Below the pieces are notes generated by a model. It saw nothing but the letters and a program-made list of their open reading frames with translations. It did not search any database and was not told the DNA's origin. Positions 35,228 through 60,324 of a DNA stretch of 64,000 bases are shown piece after piece. The stretch spans positions 496,001 through 560,000 of the forward strand of contig CAVNZM010000012.1 of NCBI GenBank assembly GCA_963693365.1, read 5' to 3'. The position numbers were made by a program, and so were the translations under genes. Within the stretch, counting starts at the first letter, position 1. Each line of letters starts with the position of its first letter. The DNA is from Amoebidium appalachense. Its lineage: Eukaryota; Protista; Ichthyosporea.

Positions 35228-35476
35228 TCACCCACATGCAGGGGAGGGCCGGGGGGGGGGGGGGGGGGGGGGGGAGGGGGCGCAAACTTACCTGCAGGCA
35301 GTTCGTTTCGTCTAAACAGACCCAAAGACTCTCTGTTGCTGTTGCGCTTGCGATCCAAATCAACAATCTGCAAATCGGCACACCATGTGTGAGAGCGTGT
35401 GTGTGTGCGCGTGTGAATGCGTTTGGGGTGTGCCTTAGGTGGGGTGGGAGGGAGGCGTTCTTTTTTTTTTTTTTTT

Positions 35477-35507
<31 letters not shown>

Positions 35508-36142
35508 GGGGGGAGGGGAAGGGAGGGGAAAGGGGGGGAGGAGGGGGGGAGGAGAGGGGATCTATATATGGCTATGTGCCAAGATGGTACAGGTCCACAC
35601 AACAACGACTGCCCAAGACACACACACTTGTGAGGTTAAGGGGGCGGCCAACCCTCCCTTGCACCCAATTGCAACCTGCCAGTGTATTGCAGTTTCTGCG
35701 TGCAAGGTTAACTGTCACCTTGATGTTAACTCAATCCAGCCGGTTTGTCTTCCACCTGCCCCCATTCTATCGTTTTAAGCCCGTGTGGTCTCCTTTATGC
35801 TACCCGCTCCATAAAAGGTTCCTTTTGGTAGTCAACCCATCCATTCCCCGACTGCATTCCAGCAGCTATCACCTTTGCATACCTCAACTCTTTTTCACTA
35901 AAAATAAACCTCTCCACTGAACGCCCTCTAGCTCACTCTCCCCACTCCTCTCTCCCCACCTCCTTTCCCGCTCCCTGCACCTCCCTCCCTCTCTCCCTTT
36001 CCCCTGCCCCTCCTTCCCTCAACCCTTGACGTGCCCCCACCTGCTGCTTGCTTGTGAGTACATCCTCCGCCAGCGCCTCTATGGCTGCAAGGTCTTCAAG
36101 GTGCCGGGCTGCCCCCGGCTCCAGCGTCCGCACCGTTGGCAT
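32864..36142 (-). CDS. PDRG1: p53 and DNA damage-regulated protein 1 (prefoldin-like)
   Basis: Five phase-consistent exons 36142-36041, 35367-35292, 34553-34479, 33877-33797, 32955-32864: ..LAEDVLTSKQQIVDLDRKRNSNRESL..KVWMSLGTLFVKLPQEKARQLIEKDQEQISVEIEDLRETIKEK..GFHLKAMSREDM*. Matches PDRG1 as recalled (LAEEVLADKRQIVDLDTKRNQNRE). Confidence 0.92.
33021..33176 (-). mobile_element. Minus-strand copy of the poly-C retroposon, divergent subfamily C
   Basis: Reverse complement reads GGTTCGAAACTCGTGTACTTTGGATTACTTG..CTGATCATGGGCTCTACT..GTACTTCG..CATTCTAA followed by poly-C. Confidence 0.65.
33663..33767 (+). mobile_element. 5'-truncated copy of the poly-C retroposon (subfamily B), antisense to PDRG1
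   Basis: Near-identical to 7086-7190; poly-C on both sides. Confidence 0.8.
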
Positions 36143-36540
36143 GTTGCCTGAAAGTTTGGGTGGAAGGGGCTATATTTTGAGGTATTTCTAGTTATTTAGA
36201 ATCAAGAGTCACCCTCTCGAGTGCAAAAACTGCGCTGCGGCGCCTTCCAAAATGCATACTCGAGCTCGAATCTTTCGATCATGCACGGATCGGCGGCGCG
36301 GTGCACCCAAAAGCCGCTTTGATTGGCTGACCAGGCATCCACCTGTATAGCCTTACGTAAGGCTAAAATGGCGCGAAAAGGACGCCCTGAACATGATCTG
36401 TTGCATTAGCGCGAGAGAGTGAGAGGGGGAGTGTGTGTGTGAGCGAGAGAGAGTGACGAAAGGGAGCAGATACCCTAGCTAGTCATAGGGTATATCTCAC
36501 AGAGCGTGTCTGTCAGCGCAGGTTTCCTGGCAACAGCAGA
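36143..36540. promoter_or_regulatory. Bidirectional promoter between PDRG1 and the Nup58-like gene
   Basis: Divergent ATGs ~400 bp apart; inverted CCAAT (~36322); 18-bp palindrome TAGCCTTACGTAAGGCTA 36348-36365; AAAATGGCG (YY1-like) overlapping TGGCGCGAAAA (E2F-like). Confidence 0.6.
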
Positions 36541-47130
<10,590 letters not shown>

Positions 47131-47171
47131 GTATGTGTGCATGTTATGGGCATTATTGCTTTGTGCATGTG

Positions 47172-47217
<46 letters not shown>

Positions 47218-47511
47218 ACTGCTGCTAAGTTGGTGTGTGTGTGTGTAGTAAACAGCGTAAACCCCGTGTGTGCATGTGTGTGTTAGTATGTTGATCCCTG
47301 GACGTGGATTTTGTGAGTGTGGGTGGACTCTAGGTCACGGTGTTTGTATGTGTGTGATTCAGCAAAGATGGGTAGCATCCAGACCATTGAGTCGATGCAT
47401 CTGTCATCGTTTGCCATGTCGCTCACATGCCCTTCCTGTGCTGCTTTTGTCTGCCTAGTATGAACAGCAAGTAGCATTTGTGTTACGGGCAAAGCAGGTT
47501 GTGCTTGTGTT

Positions 47512-47571
<60 letters not shown>

Positions 47572-47870
47572 CGCGCGCGTGTTTTTGTGTGTGTGTGTGT
47601 GTGCGCGCGCGCGCCCGCGCGCGTGTTTGTCTGTGTGTGTGAGAAGGGGGGGGGGAGGGGGGAGCATGAGCAGGCACGTGGGGCGGGGAGGGGGGGGGGG
47701 TACTGAGGGATGGGGTGGGTGCAGGCGGGGGCGCATGAATGTGGATGGTCGCTGTCTGTTCAGGTGTGTGTCCCCACCCAGCACAGGCACAGGCACAGCT
47801 CATGCACTTGCGCACTACTACTGCTGCACGTGCATCCACTTCCCTGTTGAACACACGTGTATGTCGATGC

Positions 47871-47901
<31 letters not shown>

Positions 47902-48650
47902 ATGTGTGTGTGTGTGTGTGTGTGTGCTGCAAGCATGTGCACACATGGAACTAAAGGGGGTGAGCCAGGCACCAACTGGGCAGCACACGATGGGACAAAG
48001 GACGACAGAGACAACGTCAAGAAGCAGCGCTGAAATGCAAAAACACAGAGCATTGTGTGGTACACACACGCGCGCGCGCGCGCGCGCGCCTGCACATGCT
48101 AGGTTGTGTCAAGGGGAACAAAACCGGCTGCACACAAACGTATATACTCATACACGTGACAATTAACATACTGATACCCACAACCTACATTGTACATGTA
48201 CATAAAATGCAATTGTCAAGGCAGAGTCGATACTCATGCTCTCTGTGTGTGAGCATGACAAAATCGGCAACTACAATTGTTGCAGAAACCAACCTGGTAT
48301 GATGCAGATAGGCCCGGTGTGTTAGGCAGCACGAGGCCAAACAGTTGTGGTGCCGGGAATATCAAGAACACAATGGTTATCAATATGGATATGTTGTGGG
48401 GACTACTTGCCGTGTGAGACTAATTAGTAGCAGGCGCAACCCGGTGCCCAATATTGTGCGGTATGAGGATAAAGTGTGCATGAGGGTGCCTGGATGCTGC
48501 TGGCAGCTACTACCCATGCCGATTCATAGTAAAACTATTACACGGTCAGACGGGGGTGTAGGGCCCCGGTCGGTCGTCACTTTCGATCTAGATAAATCAG
48601 GTAAGTTCTGAGTAGGGCTAACCCCCCCCCCCCCCCCCCCTCCCCCCCTC

Positions 48651-48789
48651 CTCCCTGAGGATGGGCTCTGCTTATGACGCATACTGTGCACATGGCTGAT
48701 GTTGCATACTTGAATGTTTGCCTTTGCATGTGTCCTGCACCATGCTTCTCGTCGTGTATGCGTACTTCATACCGTGTTCCGCATTCAAA
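48651..48789 (+). mobile_element. 5'-truncated copy of the poly-C retroposon (subfamily A)
   Basis: CTCCCTGAGGATGGGCTC...CGCATTCAAA, poly-C on both sides. Confidence 0.8.
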
Positions 48790-49307
48790 CCCCCCCCCCC
48801 CCCTCCCCCCCCCCCCCCCCAGTTGTCAGGTGGAGCCGTTCTACAAGATGTTTGTTTCATCTTTTCTTTTTTTTCCTTTTTTTTTAAGGAGGGGGTGCCG
48901 GGGGGGGAATGATACGTGCACCGGTGACCATAGCCATGCAGAGCCGCAACATTACACCTTGCCAAAGCTACACCGTATATACTAGCCAGAGCGTGGGCCG
49001 GCCAATCATGCATGCATGCTGCTTGTGAAATCTTTTTTTTTTTTTTTCCTTTTTTTTTTTGTGAAATCTTAAAAACGTGTCCAATACACTGAGACCATTT
49101 AATCCCTACTATGCAATCCCTACGTAAGCATGTGCACGCTAAAGTTTTTTTTTTTTTTTTTTTTTTTTTTTTGGCCTAACCAAAATGTGACGTCCGAAGG
49201 AAAAGCAGTCGTAAGGACAATATTAATTCTTTAAAAAATTAAAAGAACAAAACGTATACGTAAGAACATGACACATAAACCCGGCGCCTCCCCCCGACCC
49301 ACTTCCC

Positions 49308-49346
<39 letters not shown>

Positions 49347-50865
49347 TTCCGGATCCGCCCCCTGGGGGCCCAATCAATATTGTTGAACCCCCCCACACAT
49401 ACCTTCCAACCTGCTTGCATTGCAAACTTTAAAACCAATGCACACAGGGCCCTGGGAAGGGGAGGGGGGAGGGGGGGGGGGGGGGAAGGGGGGATCCGCA
49501 TGCGCACAGGCTGTCCATGCACTGGATGACACTGCTATGCTGCATGCACACATCATAGAGTGTGGACCGGCTGTGTACGCGCATGACATGGCATGCTGTG
49601 AAATGTCGCAAAACGTGCATCCGGAGGCATTCAAAAACTCCATGATCTACACGTGCCTTTCAATGTTTAGAACCTTTTGTTTTGATTTTGGTCTGTGGGT
49701 TTTATGAATCAGGGGTTTTTTCTTATAATAAAGCTGCTACTTTCGTCGTGACGGATGAACGCTACTTTCTGATGGCTTTTTAAGTTGTTGTGCGCATGCG
49801 CGCACGCATGCACACGCGCATGCACACGCGCACACACGCACACGCACACGCACACACACACACACACAAACACACAAAAACACAAACACGCACACGTGCA
49901 CACACACACACGTGCACACACACATGCACACACACACAGGCACACACAGGCACACACACGCACGCACGCGTGCACGCGCGCAATAGCACATGCGCAGTGC
50001 CACATTGCCGCAGACATAACGTGGCACACCCACACACCCTCCAGACCTACCAGGCAACCAAACAGCCACCCACACACAAGTAACAGAACTCTCTCTTCAA
50101 AGCTTCCCTCTCCGATCAATGACAACTCGTTCGATATTCACATCTCAGACATGCTCCTTATTGTACCACGACATCAGCGTTGGGCCAGCAATGTACACGC
50201 AGCTCGTACACGCATCATTCAGCTCTCTTTAAAGTGCCCACGTGTGCAAGTAAACACACGCCCACACATCTACACACTGGCAACCCACCTACCCACCCAA
50301 CCAACACACAAAAGTCACACAACTCTCATGCTCCCCCTCTGCATGGCCAACTCATAAATGCATGCTCCCCCGGCCAGCAGTTCCTCCCCTCCCGGCACGG
50401 ATTCCCTGCGATCAGTCAGTGATCGGCGATGACGACAGCAGAAGTTGTCGGTAATATGCAGGCAAGACATTATACGCTTACAAAGCTAACAAACACATTA
50501 GGTATCTAATAAGCCTTGATGATTCCCTCATTAGTTTTTTCATAGGCACGGTGATAAATGTGATATTGCCGCCTAATGTAACCCCCGCAGTGCGCTGTGA
50601 TTGGTGTACTCGCACATACGAGTTTGAAACACTGTGCAGTTGTGCTTTTAGCCTGCATGTGTTTTCTCCCTTCCTTTACACTGTCCCCTCCCTTGTTCGC
50701 CCGCTGCTCGCTAATACACGGCGGGATTTTATTGCTAGAGGGTATAGTCAGTGTAAAAAGGGTTGTCATTTCAGATACAGCAGGGTGCCCTCACTTGTCG
50801 CCTTTTTTTTTGGGTAATTTAACGCTCACCAACTCACGCCGGCCACCCCAACCACATTCAGCAAC

Positions 50866-51766
50866 ATGACGAAGAAGAAGCACTCTGTTGAGGCACATCC
50901 TGAGAATGCAAAGCTCTTTGAGGCCCCCAACGTGACAGAGCCGGAAAGCAACGAGAACTATATGGCACAGTATACCCTTACGGAGAGTAAGTGCTTTGGG
51001 GAGACAGGAGTTGGGTTGTGCAATGTCATGTTTTTGAGGTTGAAGGAAACAGAACCACACATCATAAAGCATGAAGGTGTGGTTATTGCAACTTTATTAC
51101 TTTCGTTTATATAAATGAATTGGCGAGGTCAATTATTTGCGCGCATGCTGAAAGTCACTGCTCGTAGATCCTGCATCGAGTTTCCGATTCGGTAAAAATA
51201 ATGACATCTTTTTGCAGCTCAGCAAAAAATGCTGGAGCAGTTCCGCAAGAACATCCACGAGGATGCTACGCTGACGGAAAAGCACAAGAAGTTTTCCACA
51301 GACGCCTGGTGAGTGTTCCTGCTATTTCATATTACATGTATGAAAGAGAGTTCATGCTAGAAGTGCTTTTTTTGTTGGAGATTTAGGCAAGATCTAAACC
51401 GCTGACGTCTGCGTCTAATTTTTTGGTGCTTGCTGTTTCTTTTGCACGAGCAGTGTGTGTCTTTTGTATTTGTGGAACAAAATTTTACCAATTTGCAAAA
51501 TCGAGCACCCGTTATCTTGGTCTTTTCTTGTTTTTTAAAGTATGATGGCTTGACAGATAAAACGCGCGAGAGTCCTATAGTCGTTGCAAGAATCTGGGCA
51601 GGCAGTGTGAGCATACGGACGAAATTTTCAAGCGCATTTTTTTTGCCCTTGGCAACAATAGGTATTGCCGGGCTTTGTACACTCTAGACTTTGGTGTAAA
51701 CGGATTGACATCTACACCAGACACCTGTAAGAACGTAACTGAGATACTCGAGTATACTTACATCTC

Positions 51767-51816
<50 letters not shown>

Positions 51817-51888
51817 ACACATACTCCCACACACTCACACACCCACACACACACACATACACACAGACACTCAAGCCAGACGCCTGCG

Positions 51889-51973
<85 letters not shown>

Positions 51974-53431
51974 ACCTCACTTCTCCCCAGCCTGTGCCGA
52001 TACCTGCGTGCCCGTGAGTGGGATCTGAAGTTGGCCGAGGGGCTGCTGCGTGCAACCCTCAAGTGGAGGGACGAATATGGGGTACGTGCCTTTTTTATTG
52101 TTGCCGTCTTCACCACCACCTCATCTTTATTCCCAGCCTGCCTGTGCCACGTTTATACATATGCACTGATGCTGCCGTACCGCAGCTAGTACGAACCCGC
52201 ACGCCATATGTCATCTTTCACACAGTGTCTTGGTTGGTGTCTATATTTATTCATCGCCTGACTGCCAACGGGAGCAGCCGGCAGGTAGCCCCTATTGTAT
52301 CATAAGCTGAAGTTTTCCAACTAATGCTACGTTGCAGGTGGAGAGTATCAACCCGCATTCGTTTGGCAACGAGTTTGAGACGGGTAAGATTCTTGTCCAC
52401 GGCAGGGACAAGCAGGGCCGGCCCATTCTGTGGATGCGCCCCCGCTTCCAGAATACAAAGAACTACGCCGAGCAGACACGGGGCACGGTCTACATGATCG
52501 AGAGATGTGTGCGCTCAATGGTACGTGATTGTACAGGCGAATGGCTATTGAGTTTTTTGTGGATCTTTGCTGTATTCTACCTCCTGTATCTGCGCCCTCC
52601 CTAACCCCCCCCCCCCCCCCCCCCCTCCCCCCCAGCCGTGGTGTCTTCCTCCCATGTTGGTGGTGGTGGTGGTGGTGGTGGTGTGTGTGTGGTAGGGGGT
52701 GGAGGGTTGGTGAGTGGGTGTGTGTGTGTGTGTTTGAGGAGGGAAGAGGGATAATGGTCAAGTGTTGGTTGGCCTCGGAAGGCAGCTCCCAACTAATATG
52801 CGCTCATTGTGCCTACTTGTATCTGCCTCCCCCCCTCCTCCCCCCCCTCCGCTTCTTCCCCACGCCCATCCCTCCTGTCTTCGGAGCTTCTTTGGCTCCT
52901 TATTGGTTGTATTTCTTTTAAATCAACCCCGCCAACATCTACCCACTTACACTCATCAACGTGCACAGGCACCCTCCCCCCCCCCCCCCCCCCCCCCCCC
53001 CCCCACAAACACACACACACACACAAAATCACAGGAGGCACACCGTGGTGTCGAAAAACTACTTCTTGTGATCGATTTCAAAGACTACTCGATGATGAAC
53101 GCGCCACCCATGTCACAGTCCAAAGAGATCCTTACGATCCTCATGGACCATTTTCCTGAGCGCCTGGGTGATGCCGTTGTTGTTGATGCCCCCTTGCTTT
53201 TCTCCATGACGTACAAGGCACTTAGCCCGTTCCTGCCCCCTGAGACCAAGAAGAAGGTGTGTGTGGCATGTTAGGCTACAGGGAATGGTTGGGATAGAAG
53301 CGTAGATGTATGTGGGTCGCTCCTTCGTTGTTTGCTTGTTGGTGAAAAAGGGTGCTCTGGTTTGTTCTTTAGCGCCTGTGCTTTGCTACAATGGGCGCTG
53401 GTGTGTGGGTGGGTTTTACGCACACGGGGAG

Positions 53432-53466
<35 letters not shown>

Positions 53467-53694
53467 GGGGGGGGGGGGGGGGGGAGGGAGGGAGGTGGAG
53501 GGGGACTGGGTGTGTATGTGTGTGGGGGGAGGGGGGGGGAGGCGGAGGGGTAGGGGCCTGGGTGTGTGTGTGTGTGCCTGTGTGTGCTTGTTTGTTTATT
53601 TTGGGGATGGGGATGAGGGTAGTGTGCAACAGAGGTGATACGTGTGAGGCTATGTGGAGGGAGTGAGGGAGACCGGGGGAAGGGGAGGGTGTGT

Positions 53695-53739
<45 letters not shown>

Positions 53740-53973
53740 TATGTATGCTTGGATGAGGAGTCTTGACACCGAGACACTCTCTGTGTGCAGGTGCACTTCT
53801 TGTCGGGCAGTGCTGCGGAGGGCCACCACAAGCACAAGGTGCTTTCGGCCATGATCGACATGGACATTGTGCCCACGGAGTATGGCGGCACCCACCCTCA
53901 CAACTACGACTTTGAACACTATTGGGCACCAGAGTATGCCCGCTGGGACAGCGAGCACCAGAGTGCTGCATAG
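50866..53973 (+). CDS. CRAL-TRIO / Sec14-family lipid transfer protein (Pdr16/Sfh3-like)
   Basis: Exons ~50866-50986, 51218-51308, 51991-52082 (LCRYLRAREW), 52338-52520 (ETGK..GRDKQGRPI), 53035-53256 (IDFKDYS..DHFPERLG..LSPFLPPETKKK), 53791-53973 (PTEYGG..TAG). Confidence 0.92.
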
Positions 53974-54146
53974 CAGCACACGACTTGCCAACGCTATTTT
54001 TGCCGCTGGAGTCACGCACATTACCTAGCAGGCGCATCAGTGTGGTAAGGCCATCAAGCGGCTGACACCAGATCAGGCATCGTATTTTTCACAAATCTCT
54101 CGTGAATGGCTTTTTTTCCTTGGTAAACTTTGTGTGCTTGAGGGAG

Positions 54147-54180
<34 letters not shown>

Positions 54181-55319
54181 GGTTTCGGTAATGCAGTTGC
54201 TTCCAGCTCTGGCTTTTTCTGCTAAGCAATTGAATGAAGCATTAGATCGAGAAGGTTTGGAGGACGTAGGTGGGCATTTAGACTTGCCGGGTATTTAACA
54301 TCACCAGTGGCATACATACCCTCACATATTGCTTTTGTGTCGGGGTGCATGTTCATTACCGAAGCTGTAGTTAGCCTGTTTTTTACGCACACATTGGTGC
54401 CTTTATAAAGTTTGCACAACGGTTGAACGTAGGATGGGCTGTTTTGTGTAAGTTTTCTGTATAGGGTTGCTCGAGCTGGCACCAGTGCATATTTGTTAGG
54501 GTTTATCGCGCACTTTGTGGGGCACCCGGTGTGTTGCCCACCAGGCACGGTTGGCTAGCTATGCAAACACAAGAGCACTCTTAGGGATTGGTAGCCAAGG
54601 AGCCATGCTGGACCCATGCTCCTGGTCTATCGATATTGCCAGGGAGCCTAGGGTTGATAATTGGCCTCAGGCTGAAACCAATCCCCCCCCCCCCCCCCCC
54701 CCCCCACCCACCCACCCACCCACCTACCCCCTCCTCACTCACCTTCTCCATCACCTCCCGTGGCCGAGGCTGCCCAGCCGGGCAACCCCTTAGGTAGCCT
54801 CAGGGACTCACACAGCGCTCAGGCACACATGCATCGTCTGAGCGGCGATGCGTCCACGTGCCCACACCTTTGAGTTGTGGATCATCGTGTTCTCTCCCCC
54901 CCCCCCCCCCCCAATGCCCTCCACCATTTTATGCACACATGCCACCCGTGTCGACATGCCTGCCCGACTTATGGTATACGTGTTGCCTTCCCTACCTGGC
55001 CTAATATGTTAGTTCATCGTTATTAGAGCAACCCGAGCACACATGTATCCTCCCCCCCCTCCCTCCCTCCCGATCCCCACCGCCACTACCACCACCAACA
55101 CCACCCCTCCCTCTCTCCTCAACCCGCTTACACATATTATGATGGCACACCGGCATGCGACAGATGCAAGCCTTCACCTCCATGCGATCGCAAATGTCGA
55201 TATTGCCAAGCCTTTACGCCCGTGTTGCACCGTCTCTTCTAATGTACACACTGTGATATTGCTTTTCTCTCCACGCTACTATTAGCCATTTCACAGTCAG
55301 CTGTATTATTTTTGTAGCT

Positions 55320-56460
55320 GGGCTTTTGGCGCGAAAAACGGAAAGAAACAAGCTGCGCAAACTTTGTGACGGTCATGACTGCTTGTATGGTAGCTGGAAA
55401 AAACGTGACTCGTGCACATGACGGTGCCCGTGGAGCCACGCAAAAAGCACCATGCGTGGGAAAGGAAGAAGGCTCCGAACAGCCAATCAGCGCACAGTGA
55501 GGGCTGACAAAAATATACAAACTGTGCTTACGGCAGGCGCCGGCTGAGCCCGGCTCCTTGCCTTCGAATTGTGACACATTGAATGGTGTCATTGTTTTTC
55601 GTTTTGGCTTTGCACGACAGATACCTCATTTGATAGGTAATTTTTTTATATCGCTACCAACTGAGTGACATTGTATTGCTATTATATGTTGGCGCCTGTG
55701 CCACCGGTAGAGATCATTTGAGATTTTGAAAATTTGAGACGTATGTGTTCACACGTGAAAGATAACAGCGACCAATTGTTGGCTCTGACGCATCTGATTG
55801 GCCTACCCAGCACCATGCGTGGGTCCGATACGGTGGTCCGTGAATTTGGGCACAAATTACCGCACACAGTCTGCAAAAGGACCGTATAGTATGCACACGC
55901 AATTTACTCGATGCCGTGAATGTGGCAAGATGTATGTATGGACAGGTTCATAGTATATAGTAATGGAACACAATACGGTGGGCTTTTATCCTAGACAACG
56001 ACTCTGTGACATAATGTTGTGGTGCTTGCGATGCCAAAGTGAGCAGCGGCCGACCCAGCTCAGAGATGGAAAACAATAAGGTCTTTATTGGTACGTGATT
56101 GGATGTTTATTTGAACCAGTGCCAAGAGGCGATGATGCCGTCCGTGACATACAGCCAATCAGATGTGCTGCGCCATCAGAGGTTCTGCGTGGGGCCGTGG
56201 CCGGGCTGCGTGGATGACCTTGAGGGCTGAGCTCAAAATCCTAGTCTGTACCTGTTTTGCTTAAATGACCTACCAAAATCTCTAATATTTATTATCTTAC
56301 CTAGATCTCGAGTAAAAAGCAATAAGTGTATGTTCCTAAAGATAAAGCATGTTGTTACCGTAGCGCTGCTCAATCTGACCATCCTGGACTCGGCGGACCC
56401 GGGTCCCGGAGCCTTTGCTCGGTGAAACTGTACCCAATCGGGAATGGCCAATCCTTTGCA
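55320..56460 (+). promoter_or_regulatory. Cluster of CCAAT boxes and an E2F-like site upstream of the zinc-finger gene
   Basis: TTTTGGCGCGAAAA ~55324; AGCCAATCAG ~55481 and ~56153; TGATTGG ~55795 and ~56096; GGCCAAT ~56447; region is free of microsatellites. Confidence 0.45.
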
Positions 56461-56791
56461 GCTTTTGCCTCTCGGCGGATCACGAGGGGCTCATGTGAAC
56501 AGTGACGCCATGACTTCCGCCCCCGCGCCTTGTTATGTTTCAGTTGCACTGTTTGCCGCCGGTCACAGCTCTCTCTCTGTAGTCTGATAGAAACTTTGTT
56601 CCGTGTGAGTAGTGAATAGCAATAGACCAAAGCGAGCTGCATATAGCTTTTGCATTCATCTGCAAGGAAACAATAGGTGAATGCGCACGTAAGAACAATC
56701 CAGGCACACAATCACCCACACATACGGATACATCAGAGTCAAAGATACGCCGCTAGGAATTTTGTGCATGTTTGTGATGTGGTGAGCATAA

Positions 56792-57580
<789 letters not shown>

Positions 57581-59279
57581 GGGCTACTGGTTGGCCCTTT
57601 TACTTAGTGTTGTCGTGAAAAGACACGCTGTTTTGCGGTAATTCCAGCCACTATTTTTTTTTTTCCGAGTTATACCAATTTGAAAATATAGTTGTGTCGA
57701 ATGTCGTTAATGTTCCATATACATATCTTTAGACTGAATTTTTGTACTCCGCTGTATGTGAAATACATAATGTTGTAAAACAGTGAAATCACGTTTGAAA
57801 TATAGAGGCTAGAACAAGTTGAAAATATGCTGATGATATGAAGTAAATGTCCCTGAAGTGCTACTCCATTTATAAGCCATATAAAACTACGATGCTCCTA
57901 GCGTGCCCTAACTGCACTTGTGAAGCCTGTGATAAAAATGCTTGTGCTACTGACCATGTGAATATGAAGATGTGATGATGCATTGTGGCCAACCCTGAGG
58001 CACGTTTTTGAGAGTTGATATCGATGTTTCAGGCTGCAGCTGGGCTGTAGTAAATACACTTGTATAGCGATGAAACAAACTTTCACAGTGGGTCATTTTC
58101 ACACGCACAGTTGGGCTATGTCTGCGGCAGTGTGTCGAAAATCTTGTCATTAATCTGACTCAACCCTGCTGCAAACTTGCATGGATTCTGAGCTACCAGC
58201 GGCTGTCTATATATTGGTGATAGTGGTTGGGTAGGCATGGTGTATAAAAAGATCTCGTGGCTGCAATCATACTGGCCCGGGCCGAACGAAGTGTCTGCTT
58301 TGCACATGAATTCAGTCGAGCACAACGGAAGGTTTTGGGGATATACATTGTTAACGAGGGCTAGGGGGTGGAGATTGGTTTTTAAGGTTAGTACTTGGCA
58401 ATGGGTTGCTGCACGCTATTTTCCGAGATAAAAACGAAAAAACCCCTGTCGACATCATTGAAAAAGGCCCGGGGTTGATAATTGTTTCCCATAGGGTCGG
58501 GCGCCGTAATACGATTTTAGGTCACCAGTGACCTGCATGACCTACATTGCTCTGGATGTTGAGCTGGCGATGCTCTAGACTACTTGAAGAGCCCGGAATC
58601 GCCCGCAACTTGTAGCCTATGATGTGTATATATGTGCAAATATATGCTCCTAGTATATGCTAATCATTGTCAAATACCACTCATTCAATATATGTAACTT
58701 AATTAAGGGTGACCGTCTGACTCAGAGCCATCTCTGCACGGACTGGCACCGTGCATGCGCATGGCCACAGCTGAATAATTACATCGGAAAACGGTCTGCC
58801 ACCAATACTGATATTAACCTTAGTGTATAGCATACTGAAACTGGCATGCCACCTGAAGTGGCCGTGGCACCCACACATTGCAATTGGGCCGTCGTAACAC
58901 TATGATTATCGTAGTCAGTGTGAGGCATCATGAATCTTGAAAGCGCTCTATGCAGCAATACCAACGTATTCAGCCGCCAACCCTACAGTAATTGCTCCGG
59001 CTCAATTTTCAGCATCCTATTCCGCAGTGCCTGTTTGGACAGTCACGGTGTAGCATATCACTATTCTTGCTGCAACAGTATTTGGCAGTATTTGGCACGT
59101 GGACTCGTTGTTCATGGATTCCCAAGTTGGGGGGCCGGGGGAAGGGGGGGGGGGGGGGGACGGGGGAAATAACTAGGACTCAAAGAGTTTTTTTTTCCTT
59201 TTCACCGTAAAGTTTTTTCCCTTTCTTCCCCCCCTCCCCCCCCCTCCCCGCCTTCCCCTCCCCCCCCTAGCTATAGGCC

Positions 59280-59312
<33 letters not shown>

Positions 59313-60280
59313 TTCCCCCACAACAACAATAGCAAGAAAAGAAAAAAAAAATGGGTGGGTGGGTTGGGGGGGGGGGGGGGGGGGGGGGTGGGTGGGTGGG
59401 TACGTGCACCCCTTCGAGTGCTTCCGACGGTTTTTAATTAATATGCATGACTGCGTTCGGATATCAAGATATGCCTCGGTACTTGGCAGTCACTATGCAG
59501 CAGTTAGCTATACTCAATGAATGATTTACTAGTAACGGCGTTAAAATTGAAATTCAATATCTATATAGCCTTGATCGCCTGTTGAAATCAGAGCACATCA
59601 AGCTACGAAAGTAGCACCCTAGCTAGAGTACTGTCGGTGCTGGGTGGAAAACGGTAGTTCCCCCTGAGGGCCCCTAGGGGTACCTCCGGGAACAAAACGG
59701 GATAAAATGAAATAAAAATAAAATAAATATAAAAAAACTTTAGTACAAAAGCCACAACCCTCCCTCCCTGCTCCCTCCCTAGCCTCCTCTCCCCCGTTGC
59801 GTTCAAATGTTCCCCCGGGTCTTCCCTCACTACTCTAGGCTGCGTACCATTGGGTCCCTCACAGAACTGTGCGGGCCACCCCGACTCACATTTTCCGCAC
59901 ACGCTAGCGCTCTCGCAAAGTTAACCCCTTCCCACCGCAAGTGAAAACACGGGTATTTCATGCACTGGATCATACAGTCTCAACTTGAACCGGCTACTCT
60001 GGGGAACCACTACTGACTGGCATCACCATGCAGTAAGTGCACTCCGTCCGGAAACATTATTAATGCAGTACACACACACACATCATACGCACGCGCGCTC
60101 GCCTGCGCGTCCGTGTGCGTGCATAAACGTGGGTGCGTGTACATGTGTGTGTGTGCGTGGCGGCACGTGCACGCTGAAGCAGGCGCACATGTGTGTGCAC
60201 ACGGTGTGTGTGTGTGTGTCTGTGTGTGTGTGTGTCTGTGCGTGTGTGTGCACGTGTGTATGTGCGTGCGTGTGTGTGTG

Positions 60281-60324
<44 letters not shown>

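Noticed and set aside
48345-48611. Possible last exon of the Nup58-like gene
   Set aside because: No FG character or homology support
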